The notes under the pieces: model-generated
Told to the model about the DNA's origin: nothing
Seen by the model: the letters and a program-made list of their open reading frames with translations, nothing else
The model's database searches: none
Assembly: GCA_951406725.2 (NCBI GenBank)
Contig: OX597814.1
Coordinates: forward strand, 65,038,001-65,102,000
Length of the DNA: 64,000 nt
From: Octopus vulgaris
Taxonomy: Eukaryota
Reading direction: 5' to 3'
Part shown: in pieces, positions 1-14,682 of the stretch
Numbering within the stretch: the first letter of the stretch is position 1
How the letters are laid out: every line of letters begins with the position of its first letter
Program-made: the position numbers and the translations under genes

Positions 1-43
1 TGTGTGATCATGTGTATGCTGTAATGTGCGATTTTGTCATAAG

Positions 44-176
44 CAGGAACAAAGAGCCGACGTTATGTTTTGCGTTAAACTTGGAAGTCTGCTATAGAGA
101 TATTGAGCAAGCTTCGGCAAGATTACGGCGACGAGGCAATGGTTCGTACACAATGTTTCGAGGGCACAGGTGCTTC
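44..176 (+). mobile_element. mariner-type transposase N-terminal (HTH) relic
   Basis: Frameshifted translation QEQRADVMFCVKLG/SAIEILSKLRQDYGDEAMVRTQCFE matches the mariner HTH pattern EQRxxIKFCxKLGKSAxE..YGDEA+SR.QCFEW. Confidence 0.7.
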
Positions 177-1660
177 CACACACATACACACACGCATACA
201 TACACATATACACATATACACACACCCACATATACCCACGCGTACACAAACATATGCGCGTACACACATATGCGCGTAGACACACACACGTACACAAACG
301 TACACACACACATAGGAATGCACAGAAACCTATCCCACCCACACACAGACACACATACCTTTAGACACACACACATATAAACGTACACACAACCACATAC
401 ACGCACATACTCAAGCACACGCGCGTACACACAACAAAATGCACACAACCTGACACACGTTCACACACACACATCTCCACGTTCACACACACACAACCTG
501 ACACACATCTCCACGTTCACACACACACAACCTGACACACATCTCCACGTTCACACACACACACACCTGACACACATCTCCACGTTCACACACACACACA
601 CAACCTGACACACATCTCCACGTTCACACACACATATACACACGCACGCACATACACACATATACACACGCACATACATACGTACATAATACACACACAC
701 ACACATGTACACACGTACATACACACACACCAGCACAGGTTCCCACATATACCTCCAACAAACAATACTCATACAGATACGCACACAATTATACACACAT
801 GGGCACAAACATACACGCACATACACGCACACACGCACGTAAGCACACATGCACACAAGCACGCACACAAGCACACGCACGCACATTACGCCTACACAGC
901 TCAACCCTCCCCCCCAGACATACACACGCATACACAAATTCACATACACACCTACACATATACATACACACAATATATGCATACACGCGCACACACACAT
1001 ATAGACACAGACACACACACGCACACACAAACATGCGCATACACACGCACGCACACACGAACACGAATGCACACACCTAACACTCACAACCCCACGGATA
1101 CACGTATATACACCCACATACGCATACACACGCACATACACACGCACACACAACTACACGCATATACGACACGCACGCACATACACACACAAATGAACTC
1201 ACAAATACATCCTATACACACAGCACACACTCATACTTATACGCTCACAATTATACATACATGTATACACACACGCACACATACACAAATTAATGCCCAG
1301 TTATTCGCCACACACACAAACTCTACGCATACACACACGAACACACACATACACACACACACACTACAAACAAAACATACACACAATACATATACATACA
1401 CGCACACACATACTTCAAACTACCAGTACCTTTCACTGACCATTCTTCTACGCACATGGGTAGATAGACACAAGAGCCACTCCTAATTCATTCTTCCTTG
1501 ACCTTAAACAATACTAAGCCCTACCACACACATAGATTAACAACCACAACCACACACACACAAGTGTTATCATTGCACACATACACACATACACACCACG
1601 CACACGCAGACATGTGCGCACGCACATAGCCACACTAACACACACATACCTCCTCTTGCA
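177..1660. repeat. (CA)-rich low-complexity tract
   Basis: Degenerate CA/CATA/CACG repeats; source of the HT/VC-rich spurious ORFs. Confidence 0.95.
444..634 (+). repeat. ~34-bp minisatellite, about 5-6 units
   Basis: Repeated acaacctgacacacatctccacgttcacacacac with variable CA length. Confidence 0.9.
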
Positions 1661-1707
1661 CTCTACTGCCTTTGAAAACACTTTTTCTTCACCCATTCCC
1701 TTCCGGT

Positions 1708-1890
1708 CATTCAAAATATGACCGCGTGTGTACCGTTGCGATTTTTTTTCCTCCGTCTTCCCTTCTTTGGATCTTTCCTTTTCCTATATTTCTAACGAAG
1801 AGCTCCGCTCGAAACGTTAAACCCTCCTTCTTTCCTGAGCGTCCAATAATACTATACTTGTTTCACGTCTTCGCGTTGTTGTGTTTTCTC

Positions 1891-1894
<4 letters not shown>
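1708..1894 (+). mobile_element. Penelope-like terminal repeat (pLTR) ending in (TA)n
   Basis: Contains an HHR-like motif; near-identical inverted copy at 31660-31804; abuts TA microsatellite. Confidence 0.65.
1788..1822 (+). ncRNA. minimal hammerhead ribozyme motif, probably inactive (G5A)
   Basis: ttt-CUAACGA-a-GAGC-ucc-GCUC-GAAAC-GUU-aaa; palindromic stem III ACGU. Confidence 0.6.
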
Positions 1895-1961
<67 letters not shown>

Positions 1962-2024
1962 ATATATACATACATAGATATAGATATATATATACATACA
2001 TACATACATACATACATACATACA

Positions 2025-2056
<32 letters not shown>

Positions 2057-2076
2057 CATACATATATACATACACA

Positions 2077-2128
<52 letters not shown>
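1895..2128. repeat. compound (TA)n/(CATA)n/(CA)n microsatellite
   Basis: Direct reading. Confidence 0.98.
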
Positions 2129-2971
2129 ATGATTTTTTTTATTGATATTTCGTTGTTGCTATTGTTGTTGTTTGAGTTGTTATTCTGAAAGGGAAATTAG
2201 CCGGCAATTTATAAACATATAAGACAGCAATCACGAGAAAAAGGTTGGTTCTTTTCAACGACATCTCTCAAACAAAGACAAAAGAATCACTTAAGAATTA
2301 CAAAGAAAGCGTCATAAGATTATGCGAATACAAAGTTCTGAAGACAAGTTGAACAGGTTTGCATCAGTTTTTTTTTGTATTAATTTTGTTTGCATTTTAT
2401 TTATTTAGTTTTTCTTTTAATGGCTAATCCTAGGATTGATTCATTGATAATTGTTAATATTAGCTATTGTATCTACTTCTTAATATGATAATAAGGCAGA
2501 ATTATCAATATGATAGACGCACCCACTCCTAGACACATATATACATACAAACTCATGCATACTAGTTGTTTAAGCACACAGCCAATATAATTTATTCTCT
2601 GCACTTTTTCTTTATATTTTCTTCATTTTCCTTCCTAGATCTTCCCTTTTCAATGAATGAGTGCTGCTTCATTGGCGTGCACTGCAGTTTCTCTTTTTTG
2701 TTTTATCGCCTTGTGAAAATTATTCAGAGTAAATGTCTCACACATTCTCAATATAATATCTAGTTCTCCTTTTTTCCGATAAGTCAGATATTAAGATAAA
2801 GACACAAATCAAAATACGATGAAAATGGAATCACTCTCCCCCTCCCCAACAACAACATAAAAAAAGGCTGAGTAAATAAATGTAACCAAATGTCATAAAG
2901 CTAACAGCAGAATAATAAAACCCAATATATATGTGTGTATGTGTGTGTATTTGAGTGTGTGTTTGTGTGTG

Positions 2972-3031
<60 letters not shown>

Positions 3032-3989
3032 ATAACAATGAACTTGTTAAAAAGGTGGTGGAAGAGAAAACATCAGCGTCATGTTATTACTACTATGAAA
3101 ATCTAAACAAGAAAGAGAGAAGGCAGTAACGAAGAAATAATACAAATAAAATTATAAGAATGACAACAGGAATCTAATCAGTCTATATGTTTGGGGTAAC
3201 GTTTATAGTCCACTGTATTGATCCAGTAAGTTGACTTGTATTAGTATTGTATGAAGCACATTACTGTTTAGTAAACTGGATGATGATGAAATCCACCCCC
3301 CCAAAAAAAATGCAATTGTTACGGAATGAACGACTTTAATCAGGAACAATGGAAATTCACAGTTGCATTCTTATTTTGACGCAATTATTTAAAGTATTTC
3401 ATAACTTTGATTCACTAGATTAAGAATAGCAACTAACTCTTCGATTTTCTTCTATAATTAAGGTTGTTATGAGCGTACACTTTAATACAATTCACAGCTT
3501 AAAGACTAACGTTTGAGGCCCTTTTTATAACCACAAAATCCCAGGTGTACGTCGTAAACGTGTCATTAAATACCACATATAGAGTACAGATTAAATAACT
3601 AGCAGCTAACAAAACGATGTGAAATCTTCATCTAGCATGGATTAGACGCGAGTAGTTATATAGAAGTATTCACAGAGACAGATTGAAACATTCAAATTGT
3701 TTCAGTAGAGAACTTATAAAATTTACTCTATGCACTTTTCTGTATATTTTCTCTCTTCTTCGCGAAACTTTCCTTAGTTGTAATTTCCTTTTCTTAATCT
3801 GAAGTACATGACTCTCTTCACTTTTGCTGCCTTCTACCACTTTCTAATTTTCGGAAAATGATCTTCCTCATCTATCTCCTTCCGATCTTCCAGCTTTCTC
3901 GAGAAGTGTGCTCCTAAGTGTGTTTGATAACCAGCTGCACGTCGAGTTTCTTCTTTTAGCATCGTCAGTGATACTGCTTTTGCTTTTGC

Positions 3990-4389
3990 ACTCACCATGA
4001 GATGTACATCGTCAAGAGCATTGTAGTCTTGAGTGATACAGAAGTGCAAATCAATGCTAACATAGCGACCAGTTATGATCCGGAACACTTACGTTACGAA
4101 GATCCACCATACTGCATTACAATGGTGACAGCGTTTTTGAGGCCCATGTCCCTGCTAATAACACTAACTTTCACATTTGTGTTGCGCTGCGCCCACGTAC
4201 TTGTTCTGCGGGATAACCCTGTGTGTTGTTGAGTAATTCACTACTGTGCATATCACTTGACCTCAGCCTCGATTCTGAAAAGTGTGCTGAAAATACCGTA
4301 TACCATGCCAGCTGGATAGGTACGACAGAGTCACACACGCCGGGTAGGGAGGCAATAATTCAGTTTTAAAAGTTTTATTACATACTCCA

Positions 4390-4440
<51 letters not shown>

Positions 4441-4760
4441 TGCACGCTGTTTTTGTGAGGCAAAGGCATTTCAACTTTCATCTTGCCCTCTAAAACAAAT
4501 TTCTTGAGGAAGAATACTGAGTACCACGTGACACATAACTACGATACTTGATTCTCTGACAGGATTTGTCTATAGCTAAAACTTCTTGTGGGCTGCGGTC
4601 TTAACAAATTTATGTTGTTAATACTGTTCAACAAAATGCTTTCATTCCGATCAAAATCAGGAGTCATTAATTTTTCTTTCAAAATGGACTTCATGTTTTT
4701 GTGATTTCTTATTCAGCTGGCAACCCGTTTGTTTGAGGGAGCGTTTCTTCATGACAACTA
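3990..4760 (-). mobile_element. piggyBac-like transposase relic (C-terminal part)
   Basis: Broken minus-strand peptides NGLPAE, AIDKSCQRIKY (GGVD..DQ-like) and Cys-rich KRCHHC...LHFC; interrupted by (CA)n at 4391-4438. Confidence 0.45.
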
Positions 4761-5010
4761 ACAAGATATTCACAAATATTTATTTCTATTAATCTGAGAT
4801 AAAAAAATATAGTCATAAGCCTGCTCACTGTTGTTTTTTTTATAATCCCTCACCCTAACTTACTCAGAAAATTAGAACATTTTTAAAGAAAAAATAACAA
4901 GAATGAATCCGCCACCCACCAAAAAAGAAAAAAAGAAACAGAAGTGTTGTAAAGCATATCCGGTCGCGGTAAAATACAATACTGCTACTAAGACTACCAC
5001 TTATAATTAT

Positions 5011-5202
5011 AAGGGCAGCCATTATAGGGGGGGCAGTTGATTATATCGATTCTAGTGTTCATCTGGTACTGATTTTATCGACCCCAAAAGGATGAAAGGC
5101 AAAGTCGACCTCCGCGGAATTTGAACTCAGAATGTTGCGACAGAAGAAATACTGCTACGCATTCGACCCGGCGTGCTAACGATTCTGCTAGATTGCCGCC
5201 TT
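5011..5202 (-). mobile_element. SINE family A (octopus-type; aaggcggcgagctggcagaatcgttagc...)
   Basis: Reverse complement of the copies at 8021-9477; B-box-like gagttcaaattcc. Confidence 0.85.
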
Positions 5203-5254
5203 ACTTCCACTTGTAATAATAAAATTAATTATAACAACATTAATTCTTTTCATA

Positions 5255-5445
5255 ATATATATAAAACCTGAAATTTGCGGTGAGCAGGGCTAGTGCTCAA
5301 CAGGTCCTTATTTCATCGATGCGAAAAGTGGAAGGCAGAGTCGGCCACAACAGCATTTGAACTGTAAATGTAAAAATGCCGCTAAACTTATTGTCCGTCA
5401 CGCTAAAAGTCCTGCAAAGTATTCTTTACGGAGGCTGTAGCGATT
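5255..5445 (-). mobile_element. SINE family A, degenerate
   Basis: Partial similarity (tttcatcgat..gaaggcagagtcgg..atttgaact). Confidence 0.6.
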
Positions 5446-6496
5446 CTACTGATGATGATGATTTTGATGAAAAAGATGTAGCAAAGCAGTTACGGGACAA
5501 TAAAGAGATCAGACATGTGAAACGGACGGCAACATTAATACAAGACGGAGAAAAATGGAAGTTAAAGACGGCAATTATAACAGATAAGTGAGAGTTAAGT
5601 AGATAATTAAATAAATAAATGCATACATAAAACATTTCATAAAGAAGTAAAGAGAGGGATAACTACGAAAGAGAGAGCAAAATCATTATTGCACACGTAC
5701 ACACATATGTATAAATACGTACGCATAATGCACACACACACACACACGTACACGCACACACATATATGCACACACACACTCATGTTTGCGTGCATATGCA
5801 TGAGCTTATGATAGTTTAGATGTGTATGTGCGTGCGCACATAAATCTCATCAAAATGCATTAAGGAAACAATTACAATAATAAGTAAATAAATCAATCAA
5901 ATACTGTACTGTAAGTCGTTAAAGCTACAATACCAGAACATGTAAGAGAAAACGGACATATATTTCCAAGTTTCATTCTCACCCCATCCCCCACCTCTCT
6001 CTCCCTCCCTTTTTCAATCTTTGTATACTTTGCTAATATATTGATATATCTAAAACAAACATAACAGAGATGGTATTGTATGAAAAAGTGGTTGAGGTAG
6101 GTATGAGAGGAAGAATCGATTACAACTGTAAAATGCAACACAGAAAGGCTATAGAATACACTATTACACACGAACAATAAAGGGAAGCAGTCATATGCAG
6201 TCGTTACTACAGCTACTGCTGCTACTGCAACGAAGCTTCAGTTGCTGGTCTATTCATTTTAAAGTTTAGTGCTCTGGGGTGTGGTTGAAGTGATTTCGTT
6301 TCATGCTTTGCTGGTGTTGGTCTTGTGAACTTATTGATGATAATAATTGAGGATTGCTCGATTTTTCAGCGATTGATATTTCCAGTGTAGCTGGTGTGAT
6401 TTAGTTTCTGGTCTTGCTGGTGAGGTATTGTTGACAATAACACTGAACGGTCTGTTATGCAGTCATTTGTCATTGGTGTTGTAGCTGTTATTATTG

Positions 6497-6700
6497 TTGT
6501 TTTTAGCATAATATAAATTTTGTTCTTTAGCCTTCATATAAGCTCTATCCGAGAATTATAATTAACAAGGGCGTTCCAGCCGTGGCCTCCTGCTTTTTTT
6601 TGCATATCTTTGTTTCAAGATAGAAAAATGTGAGTCAGAGAAATTTGGCTGATAGTTTTAATAGACCTAACACGGACATAAGATCTCTTTCATCGTCTCT
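6497..6700 (+). repeat. dispersed repeat family D (old retroposon-like)
   Basis: Shared motifs ttgtt..agc..ctgatcgagca..cattccagccgtgacc..atttggctg. Similar copies at about 6945-7060, 9500-9725, 9835-9990 and 14782-14990, and on the minus strand at 38180-38660 and 39600-40580. Confidence 0.55.
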
Positions 6701-8020
6701 GCTTGTTGGAGATCATAGCACAATGTAATTGCTCATACCTTAAATTCTGAGGCTGCTTTTTAGACAAACTTCAGCACTGATACATCACAGACTAGTGTGT
6801 GATATGACTAAATGACCAATTGATCACGTAAAAGATTTCTCCTAATCTGGTGGTCTAGTCTGTCTCATGTTTGATGTTCAGCTGTTTAAGTGGCGTGATC
6901 ATCTACAATTGTTTGTAGTATTTGCGATCATAGTGCTTTTGCCGTTGTTGTAATTGTTGTTTAGAATTAGATCATCTCTGATCGAGCAGACGTATGATGA
7001 GATACTTACCTGCCATTTATGAATATTTCTTGTGCTTAGATATCAGGGATATGTGAATGCAAGAACGTCCTGCCGTTAGGGGTTGGTGAGTAATAGATCT
7101 GGTAACCCTGAAAATATAAGTAATACAAAGAAGGAGCGTAAAAGCTATCAAATAGTTTGTTCAAATACATCAAAGTGAATTTGATCAAACTGCAGTGGGT
7201 CTTGTAGCTCGTATCTAATGTTTTTCTTAGGCTAACAAGTAAGTACAGCTAGTGTAGGGCGTCCATAATTCTAGGTAATTCGCTGCGCAGAAGGTAAGAC
7301 AATATCATTTATGTAGACAAGGATGCAGTTTCCGGTAACTTAGCATGTTTTTGGAAAACGGAAATCAAGGGAAGCCGAACGTGAAAGCTAATTAAATGGA
7401 AATTTACAGGGACAATTTTTAGTCGCATTCTTTATCTCCAATAAGGAACACGTGATAGAACTCAAGAGATTGGAGAAAGAACTTGCAGATATACTAGAAG
7501 TCGTCGGGAAAAAAGACATGATGTATGTAGTACAAGCTGCAAGCATATCTGGACCATGCAAGGATATCTGGAGGCAAACACAACTGCAGCACTGTTCATT
7601 TTAAGACCTATGCATTTAAATACTAGGTAATGAAAGTATCTTGATGGATGCACTGTATATCTATACAATTACATTTCCGTCTTTGATGAACTACATCAGA
7701 CGCACACAAAAGTAAAGTTTTACGTCACGATATTACTTTTAGAATTCACAAGATACGACAGTTGAGGGATGGAAGATTTCGATGTCTACCTCGACACTGT
7801 TCCCCGACTCTGAGATAAAGGGTAACTGAAATACAAGAATGGAAACTGATCTGCTTTCGATACGGCACTAGACACTTCATATATTAAAACCTTCAAGATA
7901 GTATACAATCACCACTTGTGCTTCTCAACTCAGTTGTTTTGAAACATGTCTGTAAAGGTTGAATAATTTTATTAGGTAGCGGTGTCTAATCGGTGATCGA
8001 AATGAGATTGCTGCCTCAAT

Positions 8021-9477
<1,457 letters not shown>

Positions 9478-10050
9478 ATTATTATCACTATCATCATCGT
9501 CTTCGGATTTGTTGTTAATGTTAATCCCCACGTGAATCCCGATTTAGCAGAGCCACGAATCAAACATGATTCGATCATTTTCATCGTGTTTTTGTTTAAC
9601 ATGTCTAACGTGTCATTGTCTAACATCTCGCTGATATTATCTTCCCTAGCGTGAAGATGTGATCTGAGGAAATTTCGTATCTATTACTAACATGACGCGA
9701 GATCTCAAAGTAGCTCTCATGTTGCTTTGGTAATTGTTTTTCGTGAAACATTGATCTGATAAGAGGTGGGGCTATATCAGTTTTATGTCTGGTATAATTG
9801 AAGATTTGAAGTGTGTTGTTACTTTTTCTGATGTCATTCGGTTAAAACCTAAGGTCATCCCTGGCTGGTCAGCCCTATAATTAAAGATGTTGACCACTCA
9901 TAACCATCCCGTCTGGAGGCATATCATAAATCTACATTTTCTAGTCTGCAGGGTGTAATTTGAGGGTGTCTCTCCGGGTGCTACATCGGTGACTACATGC
10001 ACAGGCTTGTGATTTCTTTTCTGTTTTACGTAGAGATGAGATTGATTTCA

Positions 10051-10432
<382 letters not shown>

Positions 10433-11336
10433 GATGTGTCTGAGTGTGTATGTATGTTTGCATAAAAGTACATATAAATCTATTAATCTCAACGCTTGTA
10501 ATAAATATCAATATATTATACAATTTAATAGTAGGCCTCGCCATTTGCTTCATCCTTTTTATTGCACATTAAATTACTTCTGTGTTTGACAGATGCCCTG
10601 AAACATGAGGTTAATCTGGCATGAAATAATACCAGCATAATATAATGTGGCCTTACATCTTCCTCTCCTTACAAACCGATCGAAACTAACACATATGGCT
10701 TGACACACAGTTACGCCTATACGGTTAGATATACAAGCAAACTGACCTAATCGTATGTATTTATACACATAACTATTATGCGCTTATACAAACCATATAT
10801 ATACACACGCAAACGTGTGTGTGTATACATATAAACATATTTATTAATTGCTACATGCATATATACACACACATTCATACATACGTATATTATATTTGGA
10901 AATCATACACGTATTGATAATCACTTACGGAATTATATATTCACACATACACAGAGAAGTATAATCATATTCACAAAATCACACACACACGCGCGCGTGC
11001 ACACACACACGCGCGCACACACACTCACATACATACAAACACACACATATACAGGTACATACACGCGCCCATACATAATTACATACATAGATACTTTGAT
11101 ATTATGAGTTCTCATGCATCTACTCATATATGTAAACAATTTTATCCACATATAAAAACATAGCTCGGTAAAGCAAGAGTATAACTAAAAACTGTGTACC
11201 CATTCCTATATAAAGACACATAAAAACTCACGGATAGAAGCATAGATACATAAACATAGACACATTTAGATGTGTCTGTTCATAAAAATTTTATAGCCTT
11301 AACATATACAAGTTGACACACATATGCAGTAAAACC

Positions 11337-11730
11337 TGAGGTAGAATTTGGTGAATATAGGGGAGATGCTAGCCAAACATATGTACTAACCACATATTAG
11401 GTTTATATCGTTAAACTCTATGAAATGGCCATCGATAAATCTCCCAAGCAGGAACCAAACCGGCTGTAAACTTCTGGAACAAAATTCAATTGAAGCTCTT
11501 TGGAAATACATTATTTCATTTATGGCCATATGTGTCCCTGAAGGATTCTGTAATGACAGTTTTCTATAACTTCATAAAAGCCGCACAGTTTCAGAAAGTG
11601 TACACAGATATGATGATTCTCCTTTTCAGCACTGCTGCTCCCTGTTCTCCATTGGAGATTTCTTTTATTCTTTTGTGTGAAGTCTAAACACGTCTCAGCC
11701 CAAAATGTTTTATTGGTATTTTTCAATGGA
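11337..11730 (-). mobile_element. mariner transposase relic (catalytic region)
   Basis: FTQKNKRNLQWRTGS (YTPETKRQS.QW-like) and PLYSPNSTS (PPYSPDLAPSD-like), with stops and frameshifts. Confidence 0.45.
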
Positions 11731-11777
11731 ATATATGTGAACTATTAATTTTTAAGGAGCTAAAATTAATCTTTTAA

Positions 11778-11985
11778 TCTCTTATCTTTCTTTTGTTTCA
11801 GTCATGATGAGGCAGTACCTTGAAGAATCTTTGAGTCGAACGAATCGGCCCTAGTTGTTTTGTTTTCAACCTAGTACTTATCCTGTGAAATCTTTTGCCG
11901 AAGCGCGAAGTTACGTGGACGTAACCGAACCCAGATCGGTTGTCAGGCAGTGGTGGAAGACACACACAGACACAAAGAAGCAACA
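11778..11985 (-). mobile_element. SINE family B, 3' half (middle part continues at 12535-12600)
   Basis: Reverse complement of 54400-54610; split by insertion in its internal TA tract. Confidence 0.75.
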
Positions 11986-11990
11986 TCTAC

Positions 11991-12063
<73 letters not shown>

Positions 12064-12068
<5 letters not shown>

Positions 12069-12357
12069 TATAAAATACCGTGGGTAAGGCAAAAACAATG
12101 CGAAGTAAATGCAAGATAAATCACAAGAAAACAAATGTGTATTAATGTAGACTTATCTTGTATCCAATATTTCGGGGTTATAACACCATTTTCAAGAAAT
12201 TACCCCGAAGTATTGAACACAAGGTAAGTCTACATTAATTCACATATTTATTTTCTTGTGATTTACATTGCATTTACTTCTCATTGTTTTGGCCATACCC
12301 GCAATCTTCTATACAATATATTCTACGCAATGCTTCATAGTAATTATTCCATTATAA
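12064..12357. mobile_element. fold-back palindromic element in (TA)n with central HHR motif
   Basis: Arms about 12066-12178 and 12201-12322 are reverse complements; right arm matches solo copy 19682-19852. Confidence 0.8.
12163..12198 (-). ncRNA. minimal hammerhead motif with U3-A8 core
   Basis: uuc-UUGAAAA-u-GGUGU-uaua-ACCCC-GAAA-UA-UU-gga; one mismatch in stem II. Confidence 0.5.
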
Positions 12358-12405
12358 GATATATATATATATATATATCTGTATCTATCTATCTCTATCT
12401 CTATC

Positions 12406-12528
<123 letters not shown>

Positions 12529-12624
12529 GCACATGAGTGGCTTCTTTTAGTTTCTGTCTATCAAATCAACTCACAAAGACCCGAGGATAAGGAAGACACT
12601 AAGTTCGATAGTTATACGAGTGAA

Positions 12625-12798
12625 TATATATATTAGACAAAATGAGATAACAAAACCAAGGCTGTGAGTAGTTTTCAGGACATTTATAAGGAAAAAGATA
12701 TAGATATAGATATAGTCGATATCTTTTTCCTCATATATGTCCTGAAAACTACTCACAGACTTGACTTTGTTATCTCATTTTGTCTAATATATATATAT
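12625..12798. mobile_element. near-perfect ~170-bp palindrome flanked by TA repeats
   Basis: attagacaaaatgagataacaaa..gtgagtagttttcaggacat mirrored by atgtcctgaaaactactcac..tttgttatctcattttgtctaat. Confidence 0.8.
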
Positions 12799-12808
12799 AT
12801 AGTGTTTG

Positions 12809-13156
12809 GGGAGAGACATTCTCTTTTAGTGCCTTATTATTTAACACACTCACAGGTAAACTTTCCACTCATTTATTTATTTTTCTAAAATTTGCGTTGC
12901 GTCTTGCAACCTTTTCAATAGTTGTTGACTCTGTCCGTTATCCGAGCTGTCTTCTTTTTGTTTTTGTGTGCGCATGTGCGGATCAATGTGTTTGCGCCGA
13001 AACAAACAAAAGAACGTATCTCGGATAACGTATCTCGCATAACGACTATAGGAAAGGTTGCAAGACGCAACGAACATTTTAGAAAAATAAATGAGCGAAA
13101 ACTTTACCGGTGAGTGTGTTAAATAATAAGGCACTAAAAGAGAATGACTCTCCCTA
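12809..13156. mobile_element. MITE-like long inverted repeat element
   Basis: Arms of about 150 bp: gggagag.cattctcttttagtgccttattatttaacacactcac / gtgagtgtgttaaataataaggcactaaaagagaatgactctccc. Confidence 0.8.
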
Positions 13157-13268
13157 GATAAAACAAAATATGCTTCAACACACGAACTCACATAAAGAAT
13201 CATGCAAACCTAATCCAAAAACGAAATATATATATATATATATATAAATATATATACACATATATATG

Positions 13269-13323
<55 letters not shown>

Positions 13324-13324
13324 C

Positions 13325-13892
13325 TGTGTGTGTATACGAGCAAAACGCCCCCCGTCAAATGGAGTGTGCAGAGTTGTCAAACATATAAACCAAATTTTCT
13401 CAAAATAACTTGTCCAACCGTCTCATAGGCCTCCCCTTTGAGAAACACTGATTTAACCTAAATTTGAGACACCAGCAAAAGAAGAAATAAAGATATAAAG
13501 AAATAAAGACGGTTTTCTATTCCAAAAAAGAAAGGATTTTATTCACACAGGTATGCAACCGAAGAGTTTAAAGTACCAGTAATGATAAGGGTGTCGACTG
13601 GGAGAACACAAACACGGTTTAAACAGTAAGCTTGGCAGGAAAGAAACGTGTCTTTAAGCAGTACAAAAATAACAAAACATGGAAAGTGCAATTATGTACA
13701 GGTTGACGGAAGAAAAGTAGGACAAAAACGGCTTTATCGATCGCATTCTCACCTGGAATCGATTTTTGTAATTTTTTCAATACTTATACACGCCCTGATA
13801 CCGTCGGTATCTACATATCAAATTTGAGCGCAATTGGATGGAGGGTGCCCGAGATCTTAGAAGATACACATAGAGCGGATTTTATATAAGAT
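13325..13892. mobile_element. non-autonomous Helitron/Helentron-like element
   Basis: Typical terminus atcaaatttgagcgcaattggatg..gagatc..attttatataagat. Confidence 0.5.
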
Positions 13893-13906
13893 ATATATAT
13901 ATATAT

Positions 13907-14410
13907 AATTATAATTAGGGTTCAGCTAATTGCTTCACCACGTACCGAATTTAGAAATAGGATTTAAAATTCCGTTTCTGCTACTATAAGAATCTCCATG
14001 ACTGTAAACATACTTTTTTTACCATTTTTACGAAGGCAAAGAGGAAAACAATGAATCAACACGACCAGGATTAATTATATACGCGTTTCGAGATTAAATT
14101 TTACTTACTTCTCTCTCTTCGGTATAATATTTCCAATTTATAAAATTTGAAAGTGCTAGGGCTGAATATGCACACAATCGAGCGTCATCATGTAACAGAT
14201 ATCCAACAACACTTCCAAAATTTACAGACCCGAATGTGAATAGGCTATTCAGACTCTATACCTTTGCCTTCAAACTCTATACTCTTTGCCTTCGTAAAAA
14301 CGTCTGTTTACAGTCAAGGAGATTCTTATAGTAGCAGAAAAGGACTTTTAACTCCTATTTCTAAATTTGGTATGTGATGAAGCAATTAGCTGACCCCTAA
14401 TTATAATTAT
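13907..14410. mobile_element. fold-back element with ~135-bp inverted arms and internal HHR
   Basis: ataattataattaggg.tcagctaattgcttca... mirrored by ...tgaagcaattagctgacccctaattataattat; left end abuts (TA)n. Confidence 0.8.
14074..14128 (-). ncRNA. type I minimal hammerhead ribozyme motif (U4C core)
   Basis: AUUAUA-CCGAAGA-GAGA..UCUC-GAAA-CGCG-UA-UAUAAU: 6-bp stem I, 4-bp stem II, palindromic stem III, GUA cleavage triplet. Confidence 0.7.
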
Positions 14411-14591
14411 GTGGATAATTTTACCTATAAAGGCTATTTTAACATACCGATCTACTTGGTAAAATTATTAATTAATTTAATTAATAAATTTTAGCCTTCT
14501 ATTATTAATTTAAAATTATAATTTACTCCATGATAGAATACTGCAGTGGGTATAGAGTTTAAATAGTGCATTCACATTCGGCTCTGTAAAT

Positions 14592-14682
14592 TACATTGAT
14601 CCCAGTGTTCAGCTGGTACTTATTCTATCGATCCCGAAAGGATCTAAAGTAACACCTTTGTCCGGCATGCTAACGCAGCCTT
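14592..14682 (-). mobile_element. SINE family A, internally deleted
   Basis: cccagtgttcagctggtacttattctatcgatcccgaaaggat. Confidence 0.6.

Noticed and set aside
12-2129. Long ORFs rich in HT, VC or YI
   Set aside because: Translations of dinucleotide and tetranucleotide repeats; the same applies to most ORFs in the track
7700-7975. Possible Penelope C-terminus (KLICFRYGTRH) with GAAACATGTC
   Set aside because: Too degenerate; no upstream HHR half or GIY-YIG motif readable
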